DNA from: Anthoceros angustus
Taxonomy: Eukaryota > Plantae > Anthocerotophyta
Reading direction: 5' to 3'
Length of the DNA stretch: 57,336 nucleotides
Assembly: GCA_010909165.1 (NCBI GenBank)
Contig: VJWM01000334.1
Coordinates: 1 to 57,336 of the forward strand
Shown here one piece after another: positions 11,959-24,559 of the stretch. Under the pieces are notes generated by a model that ran no database searches, was not told the origin of the DNA, and saw only the letters and a program-made list of their open reading frames with translations. The first letter of the stretch is position 1. The number at the start of each line of letters is the position of its first letter. The translations under genes were made by a program, and so were the position numbers.

Positions 11959-13649
11959 CTTCTCAATAATAGGATCTTAGAGTATGGTGGATGAAGCTTC
12001 ATCAGCACATAATGTCATATCTCTTGCTACGATTGCTGGTTTTCCCCATCACTTTCATGATGGCGGTGGCCAAGCCACAACTTCGTTGCTCTTCCAGGGT
12101 TTCTTCCCCAGAGTTGAATGTTGGCCCGTTTCTAGCTCTCTGACAGCGAGAGATATGCCGAACCGACATTCCCAGCTCGCGATTTGCCATCTTTGTTCAG
12201 TCGCAAGCTCCCTCCACTTGTTGTGACCACGCTGGTTGGCTCTCACTCGTGTGCGTCTTCTCTTCTTCCTCCGCTCTTCACACACATGGTGATACAAGAG
12301 GAATACAGCGATTGCGAAGGCACAGAGTGTTAGCAGCGTGTTTACAGTCTCAGCCATGTGCGCGTCACTCCGTTGCTAACAGCATGCTCCGTTTACGGGG
12401 GCGTGTTAAGAATGAACCTCCGTTAGGGTTCATGGTCATATAAACTGACTAGCTGTTATGACTTTTAGTTAGGTTAAATGAACAGTCGTGACTATACACA
12501 AGTTTTGTATAAGACATGCTTTGTGAGTAATTTACATTAATTTATTCTGCACATTTTGCATTTCCTGTTGTTCAGTTTATTTACACAAGTCCCAACAGCA
12601 AAGCAAGAGGAGCACGGCGACGATGGGACCCAAGAAAGTGGCGGAGGTGTGGGAGCCATGGCGCCTGGAGGAGCGCAACATTGTCCTGGCGCTTCGACTT
12701 GGTCCGTGGCTCGAGGAGGCGGAGGGCTGGTGGCGGAATGGCACTGGATATTTTCCGGTACATGCGGACCCTACGGCGTAACCTTAGTCAGAATCGCGGG
12801 AAAATGCTGGCTCTGACCAAGAGGAGGTCGCTCCAGAATTTGCGGGAGGACCCGGAGGTGGACTGTGGAGGTCTTGAGGCGGTCTGCCGTCCGGTGGAAA
12901 GTAGAGGCGTGGTGCGGGCCGAAGGTGAAGGAAGGTGAAGCGCGGGCGGCTCTCTTCGTCCGAGCGGCGATCCTCTAACGGATGGGCGATGTCGGACCTC
13001 TGAGCAGGAGAGTGCGATGGTGCGAAAATCGCCCCTTCGAACATGCCAAGGTGGACCACCTTGGAGATAATCGCTGGTGTTCCTCCACAACCTCGGAAAG
13101 GAAAGCAGCCGGCCGAGTAATATAATCGCCCGGATCAACCAGGCTCGTGTGAGGAGCAAGCCACCTCCGTTGGCGTTATGGCCGATCCATGTTGATCCAC
13201 GTAATGGGGGCGGGCGAGGAGGCGAGCACTCGGAAAGGGTTGGCCGCCCTCAGGAGGCGAAGGGAAGTGCAGGCGGAGGCCCGTCGTCGAGCAGAGGGTT
13301 CGGGAGGAGGACGGCGGGAGGATTCGACTCCATACGTAGAGCAGACCCCTCGCCACCTAGGAAGTGTGGGAGGACATCCCGCTTCTCTCCTCTTGGTGCC
13401 CCCCACCGGGCCAGCCAGGAAGAGGCGGCCACAGACGGGAGTTGGCGGTTGCGACTCAGTGGTCGGCAACAATTCTTGAGCCCGCCGGTTCGGCGGGCAG
13501 AAAGGCGTGATAGCGCCACCAACGCGGCACCTAGGGACCCTTTGTGCCCTTGCCCCTCGGAGTGGCGAGGACGGAGGCGGTGCGGAGGCGGAAAGAGGCC
13601 GCCGAGGGCGGGAGGACACTGGCGGGCCCCCAGGCCGTGCAATAGGTAG

Positions 13650-14340
13650 GTGCGCCTGATCTGCGCACTTGGGTTTAGTGTTTGATTAGCATTAATTAAT
13701 CTAATTACTTATCTTGAAGTAAGTAATTAGTGTTAATTAATCTAAAGTGCTATGTTAATTAAGCATTGATTGGTAATTAATCTAAGATGCTTATGTTAAT
13801 TAAGCATTGATTAGTGTTAATTAAACATGGTTAGCAATAGCTAAGTGGATAAGCTCAAGTAATATGCTTGGCATATTCCTTGCATATTATAATGTATTCT
13901 TATGATACAATAGCTAAGTGGATAAGCTCAAGTATGCTTTGGCATATTCCTTGCATACTATATGTATTCTTAGGATATTTCGTATCTTGATGCCAATAGG
14001 ATATCTTAGGAATATGCCGATGCGAGGTCTAGTATATATAGACCTTCCATTGAGACAAGCTCGGATCATAGCTTGTCCTCTAGATATCTTGATCTGAGGC
14101 GTTGTGAGGAGGCTAAGCTATGGCTCCGAGCGATGTAAGGAATGTGCGTGTTGTTCTCGTGGGAGAGTGTGTTTGTGCCACGGCGATGCGGGCTACTCCC
14201 TCTTGTTGTTACAAGCTATGATCTCATCTTGTGTGTGCTAGGCTTGGTGTGATGCTGGGCGTGCTAGGCAGTACTGGGTGGCTAGGCGTGCTGGAGTGAT
14301 GCTAAGCTACCTAGGCGTGCTAGGCGTGCTGGGGTGCTAG
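13650..14340. repeat. AT-rich LTR-like island with internal duplications
   Basis: Two ~70-bp direct copies starting CAATAGCTAAGTGGATAAGCTCAAGT (13835, 13908), repeated GTTAATTAA/AAGCATTGATT motifs, and TATATATA at about 14033. No partner LTR was found in the window. Confidence 0.5.
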
Positions 14341-14382
14341 GCCGTGCTAGGGAGGCTGGCGGCGGCGGCTAGCTCTTTAAGC

Positions 14383-14570
14383 AAGCCAAGTCAAGGCCAG
14401 GAGAGGAGGCGGAAGCCCAGTCAAGGCCAAAGAGGAGGCGAAGGAGCCAAGTCAAGGCCAAGGAGGGAGGCGAAGAAGCCCAGGTCAAGGCCAAGAGGAG
14501 GCGAAGGAGCCAAGTCAAGGCCAAGGAGAGGAGGCGAAGAAGCCAAGTCAAGGCCAAGGAGATGGGACAA
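14383..14570. repeat. Minisatellite of about 6 copies of a ~31-33 bp unit (AGCCAAGTCAAGGCCAAGGAGAGGAGGCGAAG)
   Basis: The repeat units are directly visible. Confidence 0.9.
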
Positions 14571-15569
14571 GATGAGGCCGTGACACTTTCTCTCGTCTTG
14601 TTGCAAGTGATTACTCGGCACAAGGCTAGGAGTGGTGGGCGACATGGCCAAGCGGGTCAGTGGAGAACTCGGCCGAGACAAGCCAGCCCTGCAGTAGTGA
14701 TGAGCCCCTGCGTGAGGTGTTGAGGGCCAGTTCTCCCCCTTGTTGGTTTGCACCTATACTGCGTGTATTAGATTTGTTTGCTTGGTTGTTGGTGGGAAGT
14801 GCTTGAATTCAAGTGCTTGCCTCGTGCGACCAAATCATCCCCAGCGAGGAGGCAAGAAGGCGACTCCGGGACCCTTCCCACCTCACAGGTCGGGAGGAGA
14901 AGGAGGCTGAGAAAGGAGTTAGCGGCCAAGAGGGCCAGGAGGCGAGAGCTCGGGACCACCCGGCAATGGGGACACAGGGTCTGATTAGGTCCGAGAGCCC
15001 GTCCGGACTCGCTCGAGCTGAGTATGGTGGTCCTTGACGGATGGAGATACCCAGTGGACTTCACAGGCATCTCCCAGCTTGATGGAAGAAAGCATGACGG
15101 TTTAGCTACCAACTCATGGACTATATGCTTTAGGGTCTCTGTGAGCGTGGAAGACCCAGAAGTGGAAAACCACCCGGCGAAGGATGGTGGAACTCAAGGC
15201 GGTAAGCGGCGGCTAAGAAGAAGCAGTCCCTCGCCAAGATCGAGGAGGGAGGCGGAGGCGGGAGTCACAGTGGGTTCGGCAAGAGGACCAAGGTCCTTGA
15301 GATGTCGAGCAAAATTTGAATCGTCGTGAGAGAGGCCCAAGCCACGGGCTAAAGACCTCTGCAAACAAGGGAGGCGGAAAGGAGGCGGAGGAGGCTGTGG
15401 CGGGGGCGGAGAACAGCTCATGACCTGGCCGGCGGCTCGGTGGACCAACACCTGGGGTGAGGTGAGAAGCGGGCGGAGGGCTAAGCTGGCTAAAATAAGC
15501 GGATCCTGCTCGGCGTGATCGGGCCGGTGGAGGGAGGAGGGGTATCACTTAACTCAAGAAGGTGACAGT

Positions 15570-18500
15570 TGTCAAAGCGCTAAGAGAGCGAGAAACTTGA
15601 CAATAATAATAATGATAATAAATTTACAAGAGAGGTTGTGTTTATATACTTAACCCTAAAGTTAACTACATAACCTCATAATATAAATAACCCTAATCTG
15701 GGTAGCTAGGTAGAGTGGCCGTGGTTACTAGTAACCCTGGGGGTTTAACACATAATAACCAGACTGGGTTAGCCTACAAGCCAAGACTAAAGTTGGCGGT
15801 GAAAGGCGTGGACCACTGGCGATAGTGACCTGATCATGAGCTGAGCACCGATAGCGTGATAGGCGGGTTATGCTATGCAGGCGGCGTGTGAGGTGGCGGT
15901 GGGAAGCATTGGCGGGCCCGTGGAGACCGATTAAGAAGAGGCGAGCCGGCATCCCGGAGGAGCTGAAAGATCAGCTGGAGAAAGCCGCCAAGGTCCCATT
16001 GCCGAAGTAGGACACAGCTAGGTGCTAGACAATTAGATAAGCAAAGGAGCTTCATCCGCCCAGCACCTGGAACAGCCACCTGCAGCAATCAAGGCAAATA
16101 GGAAGAGTATTCTACCAGGCCCAGTGCCTCCATATGAAAAACATGCTTGCTCGTCGGTAAGCTCTTTGTAAGCCACTGTTTAGCTCCGTCGATATATGTT
16201 CAATTTTGATCACCTTGCGCTCCGCAGTGTCGACAAAGTGATCTTTGAATCTCAATATGTTTGGTGCGCGCATGGAAACGGGGATTCCCAACCAGGGCAA
16301 TAGTCGACATATTGTCGCAGAAGATGGTCGTGGGAATCGACTGTTGAAAACACCAAACCAGCTAGGAAAGTGCGCTCCCATTCAGCCTCCTTGGCTGAGT
16401 CTGTTAGGGCCTTGTATTCTGCTTCTGTTGATGAAAGAGCTATCGAAGTTTGTTTCTTCGAGCTCCAGGTTGACGGTACGGGCGAGGAAACAATATGCAA
16501 ATACTTTTCCTTTGATCCGAGCTCAGCGATGCATACATATCCCTCAAGAGTGAGTGCTCGGTCACTACCCTGAAAACATAAACCAAAGGTGGAGGTGCCT
16601 TTAAGATATCGGAGAATCCTTTTAACTGCCATCCAATGCTCGGGACCAGGATTCTCAAGGTATTGAGAAACAGCACTTACGGAGTGCTGAATATCCGTCC
16701 TAGTCCAGCATGCTATGTAGTTAAGGCAGCCCACGGCATGCCGGTAAGGGACCTGACTCATGGCTTCACGCTCAAAATCATCTTGTGGGCACTGTTGAGC
16801 AGAAAGTTTAACCCCAACGCTTCCTGGTGTGCTCACAGGTTTAGCATCCTACAAGTTAAAGCGTCGAAGAGTCTGCCAATATACTTTGTCTGGTGCAAGA
16901 TAAGTGTGCGAGTGTCTCTATCTCTCAACAGCTGAACACCAAGGACAAAGGTAAGTGGTCCAATGTCCTTCATATCATATTCCTTGTGCAACATACCTTT
17001 CACCCAGGCCAAGAGCTCTCTGTCGTTGGAAGCAAGTATAACGTCATCCACGTAAAGAGCTAGTATGACCAGATGACCTCCTTTGGAGTAAATATACACG
17101 TTCGAATCAGCTGGATTCTGGATGAAGCCAATCCACTTGAGATATTTATCGATACACTTGTACCATTCACGGGCACTTTGCTTCAAGCCATATAGAGTTT
17201 TGTTCAATTTGCAGACCCAATCAGGATGTTCAGGGTCTACAAATCCTTCAGGCTGATCCATGTATATATCTTCTTCAAGCTGCTTCGTGAAGCGGGTTGA
17301 AGCGTCCATGCTCGAGATCCCGGTCTCGCGGCAAGCCCGACATCATCGATGGTCTGCGTCTTCTGACGGTGAAAGTCTCATTAAAGTCTACACCTGCGAC
17401 TTGAGAGAAGCCCCTAGCAACTAAACGCGACTTATAGCGGGCTATTCCTCCCTGAGCATTCAGCTTGTGCTTAAACACCCATTTGCAGCTAACCGCTCTT
17501 CTCCCGGCAGGTAAAGGACATAGCTCCCATGTGCCATTCTTAATCAAAGAATTATATTCATCTTGAATGGAAGGAACCCAGTGATGTTTGTCAGGGCCAG
17601 TAATAGCCTCTTGGTATGTGCGGGGTTCTGCGGGATGAAGAGTGCTGGTGGAGAAAGCCTCACAAAGACGAGCAGATCGAGGAATCCTGAAGTCTTCGGG
17701 TTCATACGGCCTTGTGCTCCAATTCTCCCTTGATGGACGGGACCTGCTGGGATACCTACGCTCTTCAACAATTGGTGCAGGTTCAGCAGCTAGTTCCTCA
17801 GGAGTCTCCAGCTCATGTGGCTCAACAGTTGAGTCCGCAGCATGTTCCAGCTCGTCAGTAAGTGGCTCAGCAACATCTTCAGCCTTGTCAACAAGTGAAG
17901 CAGCTTCAGGCTCTATGACAGGTGAATCGGCTGCAATCTCATCAACTAGTGTATCGTCCTCAAGCTCATGCATCACTTCAGCATTAGGTATTGGAAGCTC
18001 AGCGTCTGATCAGTCATCCTACGGTGTCTCCTGTGGTCGCTGCGAGGCATGGAGGTTGGTGATCGCAGGCCGCGAGGAAGCAGTCGATGGCCGGCTGCTG
18101 CATTTCCACCCCAGGCACCCTTGCCCGGTTGGAAAACGAGGCGGTGGCGGTTCATGTCACGCATCTTGAGGATACTCGGAGGGTGTCTCATCAAAGTCAG
18201 CAGTGTCCGGAGGAGAGGGTGCTGAAGAAGTAGTCGCAGGGGAAGCAGGAGCTGTCAATTCCTTAAAAGTGACACTGCGGGCAAATATGGAAGACCTGGA
18301 GTGAGGGTCATAAAGCTTATAAGCTTTGATCTCCTCACCATAACCAACAAATACGAGAGGTCGAGCCCTATCCTCAAGCTTCCTGCGCTGTTCTTCATGG
18401 ATGTAAGCATAGGCAGGTGAGCCAAATACTCGAAGATGAAGCAAACTAGGCTTGCGCTTCCAAATCATCTCGAAAGGAGTCCGGTCAGGAACTGCTGAAG

Positions 18501-21500
18501 TGAGAAGCCTATTAAGAATATAAGTGGCAGTGACAACTGCCTCTGCCCAGTAGGCTTTGCTGAGCCCGGACCACGCCAACATACTCCTTGTCATGCTGAG
18601 CAAAGTTTGATTACGGCGTTCGGCTACCCCATTTTGTTGCTGAGTATAAGGGATATCTTGGTGGCCAATTGACTGGCTGAGCTGCAAGATACTCGTCAAA
18701 AGCAGCATTCTAGGCTACATGCGTTATCGATCTTAAGCAGTGAGGTGAGTCCCATCATCTCTGTATGATTGAGCAAACTCTTTGAATAGCAAGAAAGAGT
18801 CTGATTTTCGCTTGAGGGGGTATGTCCAGGAATACCGACTAAAATCGTCGGTGAGTGTGAGGTAGTAAAGAGAACCTCCCAAGGACGGGACATGAAGCTT
18901 CCCAGAGATGTCTGCATGTACTAGGTCAAGGATGGCAGTAGACCTATGAGCCAAAGTAGCAGGAAAAGGTAACTCTTTTTGCTTGGCTATTATGCATGCA
19001 TCACAAAGAGGAAGTTCTTTGAAGCACTTGGGAAGAGGCTCGGTAACATTCGAGGTTGGACATCCTTATCAACTTATCCTTATTAGCATGACCGAGGCAG
19101 GCATGCCAAAGTTAATAACTAGAGGCAAATGAGACCTAGCAACAAGATGGACCATTAGCGAGACACTTCATGTCTAGCCTGTATAGATCCTGCACTAGTA
19201 AGCCCTGGGCAACTACATAAGAGGATCTAGACTTGCTAAGAGTGCAACCAGTAGCATGAAAGCGAAGCTCTAAATTGTTGAGCTGCATCAGCTGACTAAC
19301 AGAGAGAGGTGTTTTGCCATGTCAGGAACAAAGAGGACATTATCAATCTGAAAAATCTGGCCATTCGACTGCCTGAAAGAGCAAGAACCTCGGCCAAGAA
19401 TTTTCAGACCTGTCTTTGTGAGTTCATCTCCAAGCAGCACTTTTTCACACTGTGGAGAGAGGAGTAAAGTTACTCATCAATTTTCTGTCATGGCAGACAT
19501 GTGATGTTGCTCCTGAATCGAGATACCAGGCATCATCAAGCCTGGAAGCTGCAGACAGGCAGACAGTCAGTATCACGGCTTGCTTGCAGTGGAAAAGCCC
19601 TTCGATGGCTTGTCCTTGGAAACCACATGAGCCTCAAACGGTTTGTTAGTTTTCTCGGCCTTTTTGGGTTCTCCAGATTTCTTCTTCCACCACTCCGTTC
19701 CCAAGGACCACGAGAACCACACACGATTCTGAGAGCCTTGCCTTTTGATGCATGCGGCGAATCTTTGGAAGACCCAGCTACAAATAAGTGCTTGCCTCTG
19801 CTTTGTGGTTTAAATTTAGTTGTAGAAAGGACTTTATCAGTTTTGGTGCGACGAGTTTGAGTGTGATTGTCGAGGCCTCTTCTGGAAGAGGGCTCTGTCT
19901 GCAAAGGCGATCATGGCCAGGTTGTCCATTTGTGGCGGCTTTGCGGCCTCGAGTGTAGCACCATAGCTGGTGACAAAGGCTGTAATGCGGCGGAAGAGCT
20001 CATTAAAAAGCCCAGTTTCATAGCGGCATCAAGTTCGGGCATGGGAAAACCAAGGAGATCAAGTTGGCTCGAAGTTATCGAACTTCATCACCAAGCAACA
20101 ACTGTCTCCTTCACGCCTTGTGATGAATAGAGCTCACTCGGCGGCCAGGGAGGGTAACCGTTCGTTCTTCGCGTCCAATGCGTGCGTGCGATTGTGTCCA
20201 TATGTCTTCAGCCTTAGTGAGGAAGGCCACATCGGGCACTAACACCTCGTCCAGGCCACTTATGATGAGGGCACGAGCCACAATGTTAGCATTCTCCCAT
20301 ACATCACAATGGTGTTGTGGAAATGCTTGCAGTTGTTGAAGCGCCCGGCTCACGGCCTCCATACATGCCAAGCATCAAGGGCCCTTTGTCACAGGACGCT
20401 CGGTGCGGTATTTAGTTCCATTGAACCTGTCACGTTCCTTAAACTCTATTGTAGGTTGGTATGTATGGGGAAGGGGTGGCGAGAAGAGGCGGCCTGCATA
20501 CTGCATGTAGTGCTAAACTGGCCGAGAGGTGGCTATGGGAAGCCCTTGCCCAGTGGGAGTACATGTCCAAACCCTGTTCCTTGCCCACTCGCGGGATTTC
20601 CAGACCCGACTCCATATACGAGGCGAGATTGGCGAATCCGGCTCACAGTGCGGGCAAAGGATTCCTATCCGCTCGAGGGATGGCGGGGGTTGAAATCTTG
20701 GGACGTGGGCGGGGTGAGACGGGGGCACGGTTCCTTGGCGAATGATAGGCCGCTCAGATCCGGCGAGGTAAAGGTATAATACGATCCGATCTTTGAAAGC
20801 CATGAGCAGAGCCATTGTTGCCGTTTCAAAGCACGATATGCTCGAGATTGCCTGGATGTCCTCCAGGGTTTGCTGCAGGTGGGAAGGTGCCGGGCGCTCC
20901 GTGTGGCGGTGAGCTCGGGAGGGAAGGCATACCGCATGAGTGGGCCTTTTGCCGGTTGGAGGCGCACTGGGATCACACCTTCCTTGGACCGGGATCTCCG
21001 ACATAAAGCCCGAGATCGTCACCAGCATCAGAACCTGCGTCTCCAGAATTTTCAGCCATGTTTTCGGTGCAAAGTTGGATTCAGATTGTATCTGATGGTG
21101 TGTGGTGGCAGATCCCGGATGTGTATCTATGACTGTTCAGATTGCGAGGTCGGGCCGGACAGGGTTAGGAGGCGAGGCTGCAGGTTGGTGCGCTTGAGAA
21201 ACTGCCTCGCGGATCTTGCAGGGGTTTCACTTGCATTGCGTCCTCCGCGTAGTGATGCCCGTGTGTTAGCGAGTCCGTCCTTTCCGGTGACCCGGTGATG
21301 CATTGCACAAATCGGCGTCCTTTCACCAGATGTATGTGTGTCCCTGCTCTATCACAGATGCATGAAAAATCTGCTCACGGCGTTTCGTATCTCCCTTGCT
21401 TGTTTGCAGGATTGCTTGGCCAAGCAAAGGATCGGGCTGAGCCCGCAGCTATCACAGGATGGTGTGTCGATGGCCGTCAATCACAGGGCCATCGCTGATG

Positions 21501-22453
21501 TGAAAGTCTTCATTTAATTTTGTGACCAGGGCATTCAATTGGTGCTTGATCTCGTTGATCTCAAGAAAAATCTGCCCTGTGAGAGCTTGTGTTCTGGTGG
21601 TATGCCTGAAGAGCATAACCTGAAGGTCTCCTAGGTTTGCAACAGGCTCATCGGCAATTTCACTCAGCAAATGGAACCGTGAGGATTCCACTGCGTGATT
21701 ATGCCTAGATGGTTGCAGATGGAAACGATGTGTTTCCCCTGCATGATTATTTCTAGGTGATTGTTCACAATTTGTGTGAGTGTTGCACACATCTTGCGGT
21801 ACCAGAACGGCAGATTACGGAGTAGTCGGGGTTGGAGAGCTGTGGCACCTTTGGAAACACAGGCTCGAAAATTTCTTGTCCTTTGAAATTTGTGGGAAGA
21901 AGTGTTGACCGCCTCTGGCGATCTCTTTCCCTTACGTACCTGTCAGTGATAAAGTTAAAGAAACCGTGCAGGCTCCAAAGTCCTGTTCTTGAGGGCATTT
22001 TGCACTTGAGATATATTTTGCATATCTCCTTTTAGCGGTCTGTGGAAGCGTTTTCATGTGATAATGAACTTGGAAATTCCCCATCATGTACGGGAATAAA
22101 TTTGCAATTTTGATGAAGGAGAGAAACGTGGGAAGTATAGATATAATGCATAGAATCTATATATGATATACATATTAGATTATGCATTGTAAGCATCTGT
22201 GCTTCTGTCTTGATTCCTTTCATGAAAAATCAATGCAACTAAAAATGAGTTGCTCGATACCATGTCAAAGCACTATGAGAGAGAAACAACAAACTTGACA
22301 ATAATAATAATGATAATAAATTTACAAAGAGGTTGTGTTTATATACTTAACCTAAAAGTTAACTACCATAACCCCTCATAATATAAATAACCCTAATCTA
22401 GGTAGCTAGGTAACTAGTGGCCAGTGGTTACTAATAACCCTAGGGGTTTAACA
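15570..22453 (-). mobile_element. Copia element C: full-length-type Ty1/copia, degenerate
   Basis: Related LTRs at 15570-15750 and 22263-22453 (TG...CA). PBS TGGTATCGAGCA on the minus strand at 22262-22251. Internal order is gag-PR-INT-RT-RH. Flanks ACAGT and CGGTG do not match, so there is no TSD. Confidence 0.85.
16112..20371 (-). pseudogene. Element C gag-pol (frameshifted)
   Basis: gag ARALIISGLDEVLVPDVAFLTKAEDIW (20111-20371); integrase HADISG.../QQNGVAERRNQTLL/AYWAEAVVTATY (18157-18954); RT WELCPLPAGRRAVSCKWVF, LYGLKQSAREW, LALYVDDVILA (16833-17620); RNase H WSSKKQTSIALSSTEAEY (about 16400-16470). Confidence 0.9.
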
Positions 22454-24559
22454 CGGTGGCGGCCAGACAAGCGACGGTAAGTGAGAAATGAGGCCGGACC
22501 GGGAGATAGGGATCTTGAATGCATTTGAGCGAGGAGCGGCGACAAGAGGCGGAGGCACAAGGACACCACTGGGCTGCAACTCCAAGGCGTCGGAGCAACA
22601 GGATTCTCAGAGAGATCAAAGACTTGAAGATCGGCGTCTGCACTTTCTTTGCAAGGCGGAGGAAGCCTCTGGCCGAGGCCAAAAGGAGTTGGCCGTCGTC
22701 AGATTGGAGGCGGGAAGCGGTCGAGGCGGAGGTCTTGGACCACACAGAGAGAGATAAAAGGAGCTCAGGGCCGGATGAATGGGGGGGCAAGGGCTATGGA
22801 CGCGGAGGAAGCTGCTGCTCAGTGCGGAAGGCGGAAGGAGGCGTTGCGCTGGGCTGCTGGCGAGGAGGCGACGAGAAAGATGGGCAGTGGGCGGCGGCCG
22901 GAGGCTGCGAGGTAAGCGGAGGCTTCCTTGGCCTCACGGGATTCGGCCCGGCTTCACAGTTGGCGGGCTGGAAGCGGCCCGACAGCCGCAGCCAACATGT
23001 GGGAGCACCTTTGGCGAAGGATGCTGGGTGCTCGGGCCCATGTGGAAGAGGCAATTCAACAAGTCGATTGGGACTTTGCCTACTACCACCTTGAGCTCCT
23101 CAAGGCTCTAGAGGTCTGCGCCACCCCGAGATGGGCGGACCCCAGGTGGGTGGGAAAGAAGGAGGCCGAGGAGGAAGGCCCGGAGGCAGCAGATGGGACC
23201 TTAGGTGCAGCTGGCGCGTGAGTGGAGAGGGGAAGCGGCGGGAGGAGCAGGATACAAGGGGCGTCGGCGCAGGAGGTAAACACTCCGCACCCCACCACGG
23301 AGGGGAAGAGGAAGGTCACAGGGAGGCTCGGAGGGGAGCAGCTCGGGGAACTGGACCACAGGAGGTTCGGTGGGTGAACCATTGAGAAGTCGGCGGGGGA
23401 AGCCCGGTGCTCGCGAGTCAGGACTTTGTCCGGACTCCGAGGCGGACCCGAGGTTCGGACTCTGAAGAAATTTGGACTTGAGGTCGGACTCTAGTGATGG
23501 TCGGACCACAGGCTGGACTCAGGAAGAAGGCCCGATCCTTGAGGATCGGACCGGTCGAGCGGATCCCAGGACGGTTCGGGATAGAAGAGGGAGCCATAGG
23601 CGGCTTGCTCGGAGGGAGTCACTGGTGACCCTGGCGGGGGCCCACTCGGGGGCGGCAAGGAGGATGTGGTGGTTACGGTCGTCGGACCTTGTTGTACTGA
23701 CGACGGGATTAAGGACGGGGAAGGGACGCCTTCGGATCATCCGATTAGGTCTGCGCCCATATTTGTCGAGCGAGGAATTGGGGTCATCAGGCGCAGAGGC
23801 GAGCATTCTCAGGCCCACCGCCAAAGACGGAGATAGGCGGACGGGTAGTATGGTAGGCGGCTGGCTAGGGCATACTGAGCTGGCTACCAGCTCAAAATAG
23901 GAGTGTAATAAAGACACCATCCTTGGGCGTAGTATAAGAGGGCCGGAGCAACTCTAAGTAAAGTGTCTTCTTCTTGGGTGGAAACCACGTCTCTTGCAGC
24001 TTCTTGTGTGTTTGCGCTAACGTGAGGCTGAGTCCGGCGGCCCGCGGCCGGGAGATTGACCAGGTCTGGTGGCCGGACCCTAGTGTGGTGGTGTTGCGAG
24101 GCGAGCGTTCGAGGACCTTGCTCTTCCGAGCATCGGGCGTTGGAGCGGACGGGCGTGTGAGCCGAGGAACCCGGAGGCGTGTAGAGCTGGGCCGAGGCAG
24201 AGAACGGAAGAGGTCCGGCGCACGCGGCCACCCGCCTTTTCCAAGAACAATGAGTGTGGGAGAGTGATGAGTAGAACGGACTAGATGAGAGTGATGAGCG
24301 GAAGGACGAAGCAGACGCGAGCAGGTCATAAGCGTTTGTGCCCGGTGACATTATGAGTAGTTAGTTGAAAAAACAGTGAACGCGCGTGTTAAGTCGAAAA
24401 CGGTCTTGACGTTGAGGTGAGAACGGTGGAAACGGGAAAATGGAGCCTATCATTCTCTAGGAGCGGACTCCGCTTACTACAGGATTATGCGGCTGCCCGT
24501 CGGTGATCGCGCCACACTCTGAAGCCAAAGAGCGGGGAAGGGGAGTGAAGGTGGGCACT

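Larger units (their letters stand above)
9506..12585 (+). mobile_element. Copia element A: 3.08-kb non-autonomous Ty1/copia LTR retrotransposon retaining gag
   Basis: LTRs of 182 bp (9506-9687, 12404-12585) with TG...CA ends and 2 mismatches by eye. TSD CAAGT (9501-9505, 12586-12590). PBS TGGTATCAGAGC at 9688-9699. A G-rich tract precedes the 3' LTR. Confidence 0.95.

Noticed and set aside
12590-13650. GC-rich ORFs after element A
   Set aside because: Low-complexity, mutually overlapping and without recognisable domains.
22460-24400. GC-rich ORFs and an LTR-like stretch at about 23880-24350
   Set aside because: No partner LTR, PBS or domain could be established, so boundaries are unsupported.
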